Of a stretch of 32,000 nt of DNA, positions 16,593-25,404 are shown piece by piece. The DNA comes from Candidatus Atelocyanobacterium thalassa isolate ALOHA (lineage in GTDB: Bacteria > Cyanobacteriota > Cyanobacteriia > Cyanobacteriales > Microcystaceae): NCBI RefSeq assembly GCF_000025125.1, contig NC_013771.1:1200001-1232000 (forward strand), read 5' to 3'. Position 1 is the stretch's first letter, and each line of letters opens with the position of its first letter. The position numbers were made by a program, and so were the translations under genes. Under the pieces are notes generated by a model that did not search any database, was not told where the DNA came from, and saw nothing but the letters and a program-made list of their open reading frames with translations.

Positions 16593-17633
16593 TTAACAGA
16601 TTCTTGGTAATTGTTCGCCACTTAACATATCAATAATCCTAGTTGTCCCTATTTCATTTTTCAAAGTAACCAGTCCTTCATTTTGTTCAATAACTTCGCC
16701 AATCACATAAGAACTGTCTGAAAAAGATCTCATGATTTTTAATGCTTTATCTACACAGTTTTTAGGTATAAAAGCAACAAATCTACCCTCGTTAGCGATA
16801 TATAAAGGATCAAATCCTAAAATTTCACAAGCCCCTCTTACATCTTCCATTACGGGAATTGATTTCTCTTGGATGTTTATTTTCACTTTTCTACTATTAG
16901 CAATCTCATTCAAACTGCTAGCTAAACCACCTCGCGTTAAATCTCTTAAGCAATGAATTTCAACCCCTTGTTCTATCATTTCTTGGATAACTTGATGAAG
17001 AGGTTGACAATCACTTTTAATTGTTGTTTCTAATTCTAGCCCTTCTCTTGTAGCCATAACAGAGATACCATGCCTACCTATATCTCCATTAATTAAAATA
17101 CTATCTCCTACTTGGACTGATTCAGGAGCAATAAACTGGTCATGTTCTACAATTCCTATGCCTGAACTGTTAATAAAAATCCCATCTCCTTTCCCTCTAT
17201 CTACGACTTTAGTATCTCCGGTAATGATTCTTACGCCTGCTTCTTCTGCTGTTCTCTGTAAAGATTGAATAATATTCCATAAAGTTTCCATCTCAAATCC
17301 TTCTTCTATAATAAAACCTAGACTTATATATAGAGGACGAGCTCCACTCATAGCAAGATCATTCACAGTTCCATTAATAGCTAAACTTCCAATATCTCCA
17401 CCGGGGAAAAATAAAGGATGAATAACATAAGAATCAGTTGTAAATGCAATTTTATTCGTAGGAAGATGAACTACAGAGGAGTCATGAGGTGAAAAATCTT
17501 TATTCATCTGAAAAGATGAAAATATCATTTTTTCAAGCAATTGCTGCATAAGCTTTCCCCCTCCCCCATGACCTAACAAAACTTGAGGGTATTTTTCTAG
17601 AGGGATAGGACATGCAGTTTGAAAATTAATCAT
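16593..17633 (-). CDS. hypE: [NiFe]-hydrogenase maturation protein HypE
   Basis: 346 aa with an AIR-synthase-like fold. It has the LLGHGGGG motif and the diagnostic C-terminal PRIC. Confidence 0.95.
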   Translation of the reverse strand: MINFQTACPIPLEKYPQVLLGHGGGGKLMQQLLEKMIFSSFQMNKDFSPHDSSVVHLPTNKIAFTTDSYVIHPLFFPGGDIGSLAINGTVNDLAMSGARPLYISLGFIIEEGFEMETLWNIIQSLQRTAEEAGVRIITGDTKVVDRGKGDGIFINSSGIGIVEHDQFIAPESVQVGDSILINGDIGRHGISVMATREGLELETTIKSDCQPLHQVIQEMIEQGVEIHCLRDLTRGGLASSLNEIANSRKVKINIQEKSIPVMEDVRGACEILGFDPLYIANEGRFVAFIPKNCVDKALKIMRSFSDSSYVIGEVIEQNEGLVTLKNEIGTTRIIDMLSGEQLPRIC

Positions 17634-17819
17634 GTATTTAACGAATATTATTTTTTGTAATCCTATAATTAATATTATGGTAAATTCTTTATCTTTAATT
17701 TTTTTTAATTAAAAATCAATATTGATATATGGACAATTAAAAGTTTAAAAGTTATTTTTTTATATTTTTAATTAGATTAAAGAGTGGCATTAGTGAATAG
17801 TATTTAGTGTCTTTTTAAC

Positions 17820-18476
17820 CTATCGTTTAGGCTCAAAGATAGTTCTTCCTAAACGTATCATGGTTGTATTTTTCTGTATCGCTAATAAATAATCATTAGA
17901 CATCCCCATGGATAGCTCTTTCAGAAATAATGAAGATTTTTCATTAATATCTTGAGCTAATGTCTGTACCTTCTGAAAAGCATGCAGAGATTCATTTGTT
18001 GATAAATTGAGCGGTAATATTGTCATTAAACCTCTAATCATAAGGTTTTTACACTTTTCTAACTCATGTAAATCTTCCCAAAGCGTTTCTGGCAACCATC
18101 CATATTTATCGGGGTCTGGCATAGCTTTTACTTGCAAACATATATAAGGTGAAGCAGAAATTTTTTCTATTATCTGATTCAAATGCTGTGCCAATCTAAG
18201 ACTGTCAACTGAATGAATCCAGTTAAAATTTTCTAGTACTTTTTTAGCTTTATTTGTTTGTAAATGACCAATAAAGTGCCAAGATATATCATCATATTCT
18301 TTAAGCTCTTCTTGTTTTTCTAAAGCCTCTTGAAGACGATTCTCAGCAAAATCACGAATTCCAGAGTTATATGCTTCTTTTATACTTTCTACAGATTGTT
18401 GTTTACTAACAACAATCAAGCTGACTGAAGATGGTATCTCAGAGCGAATTTGAGTAATACGTTTATTAATTTCCAT
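17820..18476 (-). CDS. yggS: YggS-family PLP-binding homeostasis protein (PipY in cyanobacteria)
   Basis: 218 aa from ATG 18476. The track start at 18491 is a TTG. Motifs are LIVVSK (PLP lysine), FAENRLQE, WHFIGHLQTNK, SMGMSNDY and IRLGRTIF. Confidence 0.9.
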   Translation of the reverse strand: MEINKRITQIRSEIPSSVSLIVVSKQQSVESIKEAYNSGIRDFAENRLQEALEKQEELKEYDDISWHFIGHLQTNKAKKVLENFNWIHSVDSLRLAQHLNQIIEKISASPYICLQVKAMPDPDKYGWLPETLWEDLHELEKCKNLMIRGLMTILPLNLSTNESLHAFQKVQTLAQDINEKSSLFLKELSMGMSNDYLLAIQKNTTMIRLGRTIFEPKR

Positions 18477-18693
18477 TGAAACTAAACTCAATACAAAAAA
18501 TTTTAGATATATAACTGAGACTTACTATGGTTTTTATTTTAATTAGTTAGTTTATCTAGAATATAAACTAATCAATTACTATCCATATCTAAAGCATACT
18601 ATATTGAGATAGAAAAAATTACTCTATTAATTACACATTGTTAGATATATTTTCATTATAAAACCAAAAAGTTATTTGAAAGAATTTAAAACA

Positions 18694-19650
18694 ATGAAAA
18701 AAATAACTTATAGTCCTTCTTATACAATTGTCATAACTTATGAGTGTTTTAATTATTGTACATATTGCAATTTTAGAATTAATCCACAATTGGGCGACTG
18801 GTTAAAACTGACCAAAGCAAAAAAGACTTTAGAGGAAATATCAAATAAGTCTATTAGTGAAATTTTAATTCTTAGTGGAGAGATCCATCCTCGATCTCCA
18901 GAAAGAAAGCTATGGTTACAAAATATATATTATCTATGTGAAATTGCACTATCTATGAACTTTTTACCACATATAAATGTTGGACTGTTAACTTATACAG
19001 AAATGAAAATTCTACAAAAAGTTAGTATTTCAATGGGTTTAATGATTGAACAATCTACTCCCATATTATTAGATAATGCCCATTACAATGCACCTAGTAA
19101 GATTCCAAACTTAAGGTTGCAACACCTTGAGTTTGCAGGAAAACTCCAAATCCCCTTTACTACAGGAGTATTACTAAATATTGGAGAAAAAGAGAAGAAT
19201 TCTTTGGACACCCTGAGGAAAATTAATTTAGTCGAACAACAATGGAATAATATACAAGAAGTTATATTGCAACCTCATAGTCCTGAAGTAGAAAAGAAAT
19301 TACATAAATCAATTTTTAATCAATACCAGTTAGTTAAATTTATTAATAAAGCCAAAAATATCTTACCAGCTTCTATTAAATTGCAACTGCCTCCAAATTT
19401 AATTCAAGATCCTAATTATTTGTTACGTTGTGTTCAAGCAGGTATTCAAGATCTTGGTGGGATTAGCCCTAAAGACGAGATAAATCCAAACTATTCTCAT
19501 TTTTCAAAAGAAAAATTGTCAAAAATATTAAAAACTAAGAAATTGACACTAACAACGAGGTTACCTATTTACTCTAATTATAAAAATCGTTTATCTGAAA
19601 ATTTACAAAAACTTGTAAATTTTTGGCAAAGAAACAAAAAATCTACATAA
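18694..19650 (+). CDS. cofG: FO (7,8-didemethyl-8-hydroxy-5-deazariboflavin) synthase subunit CofG, radical SAM
   Basis: 318 aa from ATG 18694. The track start at 18676 is a TTG. The sequence ITYSPSYTIVITYECFNYCTYCNF carries the CxxxCxxC cluster motif typical of CofG. Confidence 0.82.
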   Translation: MKKITYSPSYTIVITYECFNYCTYCNFRINPQLGDWLKLTKAKKTLEEISNKSISEILILSGEIHPRSPERKLWLQNIYYLCEIALSMNFLPHINVGLLTYTEMKILQKVSISMGLMIEQSTPILLDNAHYNAPSKIPNLRLQHLEFAGKLQIPFTTGVLLNIGEKEKNSLDTLRKINLVEQQWNNIQEVILQPHSPEVEKKLHKSIFNQYQLVKFINKAKNILPASIKLQLPPNLIQDPNYLLRCVQAGIQDLGGISPKDEINPNYSHFSKEKLSKILKTKKLTLTTRLPIYSNYKNRLSENLQKLVNFWQRNKKST

Positions 19651-19687
19651 AGCAGTTAATATTTTTTAGAATTATATTTCTAAAGTT

Positions 19688-19721
19688 ATGACTTTAATTT
19701 TTATTAACTTATTAAAGTCAT
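19688..19721 (+). terminator. Hairpin downstream of cofG
   Basis: A perfect 11-bp stem joins atgactttaat (19688-19698) to attaaagtcat (19711-19721) across a 12-nt loop. It is AT-rich and only a short T stretch follows. Confidence 0.45.
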
Positions 19722-19819
19722 TTCCTAACAGCTTAACTTAATAAAACTTTCTACAAAATTGTTTTTTGGGAACTTTTCTTATAAATATAGTGACTATGCT
19801 GCTATAACGTTTTTATTTA

Positions 19820-19847
19820 TTGACAGCTTTCTGGCAATCAGTAAAGT
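19820..19847 (+). promoter_or_regulatory. Candidate promoter of the RHH-ycf46-ycf35 cassette
   Basis: TTGACA (19820-19825), a 16-nt spacer and TAAAGT (19842-19847), 37 nt before ATG 19884. The 10-bp palindrome CTATGCATAG (19851-19860) follows at the expected transcription start. Confidence 0.45.
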
Positions 19848-19883
19848 TAGCTATGCATAGGGGTAGCCTTAAATTTAAATAAT

Positions 19884-20234
19884 ATGCAAAACAAACAAAA
19901 AGTAACACTATACATACCCTCTGAAATTCATAAACGTCTTAAAATTAGAGCCGCTACTGATGAAGAGTCTATGTCTTTTATAGTTGAAAAAGCGGTAGAT
20001 TTCTATCTTCAACATCCACCTAAAGTTGAAGAATCAGAAAATATAAATTCCGGAAAAATTTATCAGGTACATTTTTGTCCAGAGTGTAAAGCTGCTATTT
20101 CAATAAAAGATAAGCAAATTCTCCCTTTGAAGAATCAATCTAATGTTATTAAGGATAATTTTTCTCTTGATACTGCGGATGAAAAAACTGTTAAATCTAA
20201 TACTTCAGACAAAAAAACATTTGTTTTTTATTAA
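19884..20234 (+). CDS. Ribbon-helix-helix (CopG/ParD-like) protein with a C-terminal extension
   Basis: 116 aa. The N-terminus KVTLYIPSEIHKRLKIRAATDEESMSFIVEKAVDFYL fits the RHH strand-helix-helix pattern. A single CPEC motif and an S/N/K-rich tail follow. It ends 24 nt before the AAA+ gene. Confidence 0.7.
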   Translation: MQNKQKVTLYIPSEIHKRLKIRAATDEESMSFIVEKAVDFYLQHPPKVEESENINSGKIYQVHFCPECKAAISIKDKQILPLKNQSNVIKDNFSLDTADEKTVKSNTSDKKTFVFY

Positions 20235-20258
20235 TCACTATTATCTTTAATTAATTCT

Positions 20259-21770
20259 ATGAAAGAAGAGCTTAAATTATTAATAGAAGCTCAATATCCT
20301 TTGATATATCTCGTAACATCAGAGGAACAGAGGGCTAAAGAAACTATTGATAAAATTGTTAAAGATCTTAACGAGCCTCGACATATTTTTTCATGGACTG
20401 TTACTAATGGTATGAAAGAATATGGCCAACTTAGCAATAAAACACAACATAATACTACTAATGCTGAGTCTGCTATTGATTGGGTAAATAGGAAGGATGA
20501 GCCAGGAATTTTTATTTTTAACGATTTACACCCTTTTATCTCTGATGCAACTGTAGTCCGCTCTTTGCGAGACGCTATAGTAAGTTTAAAAGGTACCAAA
20601 AAATCTATTATTCTAATTTCTCCTGTCCAAGAAATTCCAATAGAATTAGAGAAAGATATAGTTGTTTTAGATTTTGATTTCCCCAATTTAGAGGATCTCA
20701 ATCAAGTTTTATCGAAGCAATTAAATCAACTTAGAACTAATCATGAGATTAGTAGTGATTCTCGTGAAAAGCTACTTTATGCAGCATTAGGTCTTACAAA
20801 AGATGAAGCTGAAAAAGTCTATCGAAAAGCTTATGTTAAAGCTGATAGATTAACAGAATCAGAAGTTGATATTATCTTGTCTGAAAAAAAACAACAGGTT
20901 CGCCGCAACGGAATCTTAGAATATATTGAACAAGATGAAACTATTAGTGTCGTTGGTGGATTAGAAGAACTTAAAAAATGGCTGGAACAGCGTTCAGGTG
21001 CCTTTACTGAAAGAGCTAGAAACTATGGCTTACCTCAGCCAAAAGGCATGCTAATACTAGGAGTTCCAGGCTGTGGAAAATCTTTAATTGCTAAGACTAC
21101 TTCTCGTTTGTGGGGACTACCTTTATTAAGACTAGATTTAGGGCGTGTTTATGACTCTGCTGTAGGTCGTTCTGAAGCTAATTTAAGAAATGCATTGAAA
21201 ACGGCAGAATCTCTTGCCCCAGCTATACTTTTTATTGATGAACTTGATAAGGCTTTTGCAGGAAATGGTAACTCATCTGAATCTGATGGTGGAACTTCTA
21301 GTCGTATTTTTGGTTCTTTTTTAACATGGATGCAGGAAAAAACTTCACCTGTCTTTGTTATGGCCACAGCTAATCGTGTAGAACGCTTGCCAGGAGAATT
21401 TCTACGAAAAGGAAGGTTTGATGAACTTTTTTTCGTGGATTTACCCAGCTTTGAAGAACGTAGAGCTATTTTTGATATACATTTGAGTAAACGTCGTTTA
21501 GATATATCTCATTTCGATATTGAACAGCTAGTTACGGTTTCTGATGGTTTCTCTGGTGCAGAAATTGAGCAGGCTATTATTGCAGCTATGTACGAAGCTT
21601 TTGCCCAAGATAGAGAGTTTTTGCAGTCTGATATTATTACTGCAATTAAATCTACTCTTCCATTATCTCGTACTATGATGGAGCAGGTAACAGCTCTTCG
21701 TGACTGGGCGCGGCAAAGAGCGCGACCTGCTTCAACTTTAAATGCTGAATATCAGCGATTAGAGTTCTAA
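20259..21770 (+). CDS. ycf46: Ycf46-type AAA+ ATPase
   Basis: 503 aa. Walker A is GVPGCGKS and Walker B is ILFIDELDKA. ATANR is followed by LRKGRFDE, and the C-terminal helical lid contains GFSGAEIEQA. The length and the single C-terminal AAA module match cyanobacterial and plastid Ycf46. Confidence 0.88.
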   Translation: MKEELKLLIEAQYPLIYLVTSEEQRAKETIDKIVKDLNEPRHIFSWTVTNGMKEYGQLSNKTQHNTTNAESAIDWVNRKDEPGIFIFNDLHPFISDATVVRSLRDAIVSLKGTKKSIILISPVQEIPIELEKDIVVLDFDFPNLEDLNQVLSKQLNQLRTNHEISSDSREKLLYAALGLTKDEAEKVYRKAYVKADRLTESEVDIILSEKKQQVRRNGILEYIEQDETISVVGGLEELKKWLEQRSGAFTERARNYGLPQPKGMLILGVPGCGKSLIAKTTSRLWGLPLLRLDLGRVYDSAVGRSEANLRNALKTAESLAPAILFIDELDKAFAGNGNSSESDGGTSSRIFGSFLTWMQEKTSPVFVMATANRVERLPGEFLRKGRFDELFFVDLPSFEERRAIFDIHLSKRRLDISHFDIEQLVTVSDGFSGAEIEQAIIAAMYEAFAQDREFLQSDIITAIKSTLPLSRTMMEQVTALRDWARQRARPASTLNAEYQRLEF

Positions 21771-21908
21771 AGGCTTTCGTCTGTCTATTCTTAACAGTCG
21801 TAAAGGCTAGCGAAAAGCTAGCAGTATATTAATAAATTGTTTATTCAAAACAATTTATTTAAATCTCAAGTTATAATTATTAACTTTTGTTCCATGGAGG
21901 AATTTGAA

Positions 21909-22262
21909 ATGTCACACTTTAGTACCTTACGCACTAAGATTACAGATGCTGAAATCTTAAAAAATTCATTGCAAGATTTAGGGATTATTGTAAAAACCGA
22001 CTCTAATGTTAGAGGTCATAATGGCCAACATATTCATTCTGATATTGTTGCTGTTTTAGAAGGTGAATACGATCTTGGTTGGTCTCTTAATAGCGATGGT
22101 AGCTATGATTTAGTCGCTGATTTGTGGGGTGTTGCCAAAAAACACAACCAAACTGAACTTATTAATTCTATCAATCAAAAGTATGCTATTAACAAGACAT
22201 TGATGGAAGTTAAACAGCGTAATTTAGGGAAAGCGAACATCAATTTAGTGCTACATCGTTAA
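21909..22262 (+). CDS. ycf35: DUF1257 / Ycf35-family protein
   Basis: 117 aa from ATG 21909, with a GGAGG 7 nt upstream. The MSHFSTLRTKITD start and the ...GYDLGW...YDLVADLWG pattern match my recollection of Ycf35. The track start at 21837 lies inside an intercistronic hairpin. Confidence 0.78.
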   Translation: MSHFSTLRTKITDAEILKNSLQDLGIIVKTDSNVRGHNGQHIHSDIVAVLEGEYDLGWSLNSDGSYDLVADLWGVAKKHNQTELINSINQKYAINKTLMEVKQRNLGKANINLVLHR

Positions 22263-22369
22263 TAATCTATTCAAATATCTGGAAAATCAGAAATTTTACT
22301 AATCTGGTTTCATGTTATTACAATAAGGTTGTTACTATAGTTACCAAGAATCGTATTACGTAGCTTTAT

Positions 22370-22426
22370 ATAAAATAATAAACATTTCTATAGCTAATAA
22401 AATAATAGAAATGTTTATTATTTTAT
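22370..22426. repeat. Long AT-rich inverted repeat, a possible cassette terminator
   Basis: A 21-bp perfect stem (22370-22390 pairing with 22406-22426) encloses a 15-nt loop. It lies 108 nt after the ycf35 stop, within the 366-nt spacer before smpB. Confidence 0.45.
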
Positions 22427-22628
22427 TAATAAATTACAGTATTTAAGTACAAACAAAATAGCTTTGAAACAATAAATATTTATAATTAAGCAAATTATAG
22501 AATAACTTTAACAAAAGTAACTAAAGTTCTAAAAAACTACTAATTTACCTATTTCTTAATATTCTTTTTTTTAAAATTTATTATATTTATTTAACATATA
22601 TATGGTTATATGTTATTCTCAGGGGATT

Positions 22629-23096
22629 ATGGAAAATCAAGATAAAGCCATTAAAGTTATTAGCAATAATCGTAAAGCTTTTTTCCTTTACGAAATATTA
22701 GAAAAATATGAGGCTGGGATCGAACTAGTAGGAACAGAAGTAAAGTCTATCCGTGCAGGAAAAGTCAATCTAACCGATGGTTATGCCTTTATTAAAAACG
22801 CTGAAGTTTGGCTAAGTAACGTTCATATATCTTCTTATGCAGCTAGTAGCTTATACTTTAATCACGATCCTAGACGTATACGTAAATTATTGATGCATCG
22901 AAAAGAAATTAACCAACTAATTGGGAAAATTGAACAGAAAGGTTTAACTTTAGTACCCTTAAAACTTTACTTTAAAGGAAGCTTAGTAAAAATTAGTCTT
23001 GGCCTAGGGAAAGGGAAAAAATTGCATGATAAACGAGAAACAATTAAAAATCGTCAAGACCAAAGAGAAATATCTAGGATATTAAAAAATAACTAA
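22629..23096 (+). CDS. smpB: SsrA-binding protein SmpB
   Basis: 155 aa from ATG 22629. Motifs are NRKAFFLYEILEKYEAGIELVGTEVKSIR and RIRKLLMHRKEI, with a basic C-terminal tail. Confidence 0.93.
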   Translation: MENQDKAIKVISNNRKAFFLYEILEKYEAGIELVGTEVKSIRAGKVNLTDGYAFIKNAEVWLSNVHISSYAASSLYFNHDPRRIRKLLMHRKEINQLIGKIEQKGLTLVPLKLYFKGSLVKISLGLGKGKKLHDKRETIKNRQDQREISRILKNN

Positions 23097-23330
23097 AGAA
23101 TAATACATTTATTTTTTCCTTAAACCATATACTTCAATAAAATTTAAGCAACTTGCAGAAGAAGTAACATAATTTCTATATGTAAAATTCTTATTATTAA
23201 AGTTTTTTATATAAGTCATGTACGGTGATCCACATCTATTAAGTGTGATAATCTCAGGATGAATATTCTGACAAAATTAGAGAAAATATAAATAACATAA
23301 ACATAAAATCATTATTCTGAGATAGCGCGT

Positions 23331-25304
23331 ATGACAGTATTTGAAAAAGGTAATATTAGTATCCACACCGAGAATATTTTTCCAATTATTAAAAAATCTC
23401 TATATACAGATCATGAAATTTTTTTACGAGAACTAATTTCTAATGCTGTAGATGCTTTATCTAAACTTAAGATGGCTTCGCTTGCTGGTGAGGTATCTTG
23501 TAATGTTCCTGAGCCGGAAATTACAATTACTGTCGATAAGACAGATAAATCTCTTTCCATCACGGACAATGGAATTGGCATGAACACAGAAGAGATTAAA
23601 AAGTATATAAATCAAGTAGCCTTCTCTAGCGCAGAAGAATTTGTTAAAAAATATGAAAAAGATGCCAATGAAATTATTGGACATTTTGGTTTAGGCTTTT
23701 ACTCAGCTTTCATGGTATCTAAAAAAGTTGAAATTGATACCTTATCTTATAAAGAAGATTCCAAACCAATTCATTGGTCCTGTGACGGTTCTCCTTCATT
23801 TGAATTATCTGAATCTAATCGTACTCAAATAGGAACAACTATTAAGTTAACCTTAATGGATGAGGAACACGAATATTTAGAACCTGAAAGAATTCGCCAA
23901 TTAGTTAAAACTTATTCAGATTTTGTTCCTATCCCAATTAGATTCGAAGATACTATTATTAATAAGCAAAAAGCTTTGTGGAAAGAATCTGCTCATAATC
24001 TTACTGATAATGACTATTTAGAATTTTATCGTTATCTTTATCCATACCAAGAAGATCCTTTGTTATGGATACACCTAAATACTGATTATCCTTATCTTTT
24101 GAATGGAATTTTATATTTTCCAAAATTACGACCTGATGTAGATGTCTCAAAAGGTCACATTAAACTTTTTTGTAATCAAGTATTTGTTAGTGATCATTGT
24201 GAAGAAATTATTCCAGATTTTTTAATGCCTCTTAGAGGAGTAATTGATAGTCCAGATATTCCCTTAAATGTTTCTCGAAGTGCACTAACTAACCATCGTA
24301 CCGTTCGCAGTATTGCAAATCATATAGCTAAAAAAATTGCAGATCGACTTAAGGAAATTTATGAGAATAATACGGAAGAATACGTAAAATGCTGGCAAGA
24401 TGTGGGTACTTTTGTTAAGTATGGTTCCCTTAAAGATGAAAAATTCAAAAAGCACGTTGAAGATATTCTTATTTATAAAACAACTCATACAGCAAATGAA
24501 TCTGAAACTCCACAAGTTCAAGTTGAAGAGAAAGGAGATGCCTGGAAAGATGTTGCTAGCGAAAAAAATGAGCTATCTTATGAAAAAATAGGATATACAA
24601 CACTATCTGCTTATATGAATCGTAATAAAGAGATTCATGAAAACCGCATTTTCTATTGTACAGATCCTGATGTTCAAGCTACTCATATAAGATTATATGA
24701 AAATCAGGGACTAGAGATTTTATATATGGATTCTTTCATTGATACAAATTATTTTATTCCTTTTCTAGAAAAAGAATATCCTGAGGTAAAATTCTCCCGT
24801 GTGGATTCGGAATTAGATGATACTTTGCTCCAAAATAACAAGGTTGACGAAATTGTAGATCCTAATTCCCAAAAAACTCGTAGCGAAAAAATTAAGGAGT
24901 TATTTGAAGCGTCTTTAAATAACTCTAAAGTTAATATCAAAACACAATCATTAAAATCAGATTTATCTGAAGACTCCCCTCCAGGAGTTATCTTACTGCC
25001 TGAAGCAGCAAGGCGTTTCAAAGAAATGATGGCTGCTTCTCAGCAACAAACAATGGATTTTCCTGATGAACATATTTTTGTTGTTAATACCAATCATCCT
25101 TTAGTTGAAAATATTTTTCAGATAAGTCAAACAAATATTATTCAGATAGACAGCGAATCTCCGTCAAGTAAAATGGCCAAACTCTTATGTTGTCATATTT
25201 ATGATTTAGCGTTAATTACACAAAAAGGAATTGATGGTAAAAGTATGAAATCTTTTATGCAAAGATCAAATCAACTACTTACTGACTTAACTGAATCTAA
25301 ATAA
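23331..25304 (+). CDS. htpG: Molecular chaperone HtpG (Hsp90)
   Basis: 657 aa. The GHKL ATPase N-domain shows EIFLRELISNAVDA, DNGIGM and GHFGLGFYSAFMV. Colinear middle and C-terminal domains follow. Confidence 0.96.
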   Translation: MTVFEKGNISIHTENIFPIIKKSLYTDHEIFLRELISNAVDALSKLKMASLAGEVSCNVPEPEITITVDKTDKSLSITDNGIGMNTEEIKKYINQVAFSSAEEFVKKYEKDANEIIGHFGLGFYSAFMVSKKVEIDTLSYKEDSKPIHWSCDGSPSFELSESNRTQIGTTIKLTLMDEEHEYLEPERIRQLVKTYSDFVPIPIRFEDTIINKQKALWKESAHNLTDNDYLEFYRYLYPYQEDPLLWIHLNTDYPYLLNGILYFPKLRPDVDVSKGHIKLFCNQVFVSDHCEEIIPDFLMPLRGVIDSPDIPLNVSRSALTNHRTVRSIANHIAKKIADRLKEIYENNTEEYVKCWQDVGTFVKYGSLKDEKFKKHVEDILIYKTTHTANESETPQVQVEEKGDAWKDVASEKNELSYEKIGYTTLSAYMNRNKEIHENRIFYCTDPDVQATHIRLYENQGLEILYMDSFIDTNYFIPFLEKEYPEVKFSRVDSELDDTLLQNNKVDEIVDPNSQKTRSEKIKELFEASLNNSKVNIKTQSLKSDLSEDSPPGVILLPEAARRFKEMMAASQQQTMDFPDEHIFVVNTNHPLVENIFQISQTNIIQIDSESPSSKMAKLLCCHIYDLALITQKGIDGKSMKSFMQRSNQLLTDLTESK

Positions 25305-25320
25305 CTACTAAAATAAAAAT

Positions 25321-25355
25321 ATGGGAGCTAATTTAAACAGCTCCCATGTTTTTTT
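25321..25355. terminator. Bidirectional rho-independent terminator (htpG on +, tRNA on -)
   Basis: The stem atgggagct (25321-25329) pairs with agctcccat (25339-25347) around a 9-nt loop. A T7 run follows at 25349-25355 and an A-rich run sits on the other side. Confidence 0.8.
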
Positions 25356-25404
25356 AAATCTAATATAGAAAATGATTTTGCTATAAAAAATAAACTTAAA
25401 ATTA

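Noticed and set aside
16732-16956. Antisense ORF inside hypE
   Set aside because: It is contained in hypE, whose assignment is unambiguous, and it has no motifs.
20291-21367. Antisense ORFs 20291-20701 and 21149-21367 inside ycf46
   Set aside because: Both lie opposite the AAA+ gene, whose Walker motifs fix the true frame.
23457-25021. Four short ORFs overlapping htpG (23457-23684, 24285-24521, 24400-24591, 24749-25021)
   Set aside because: All are embedded in the htpG coding region on the opposite strand or in other frames. Their composition looks like junk.
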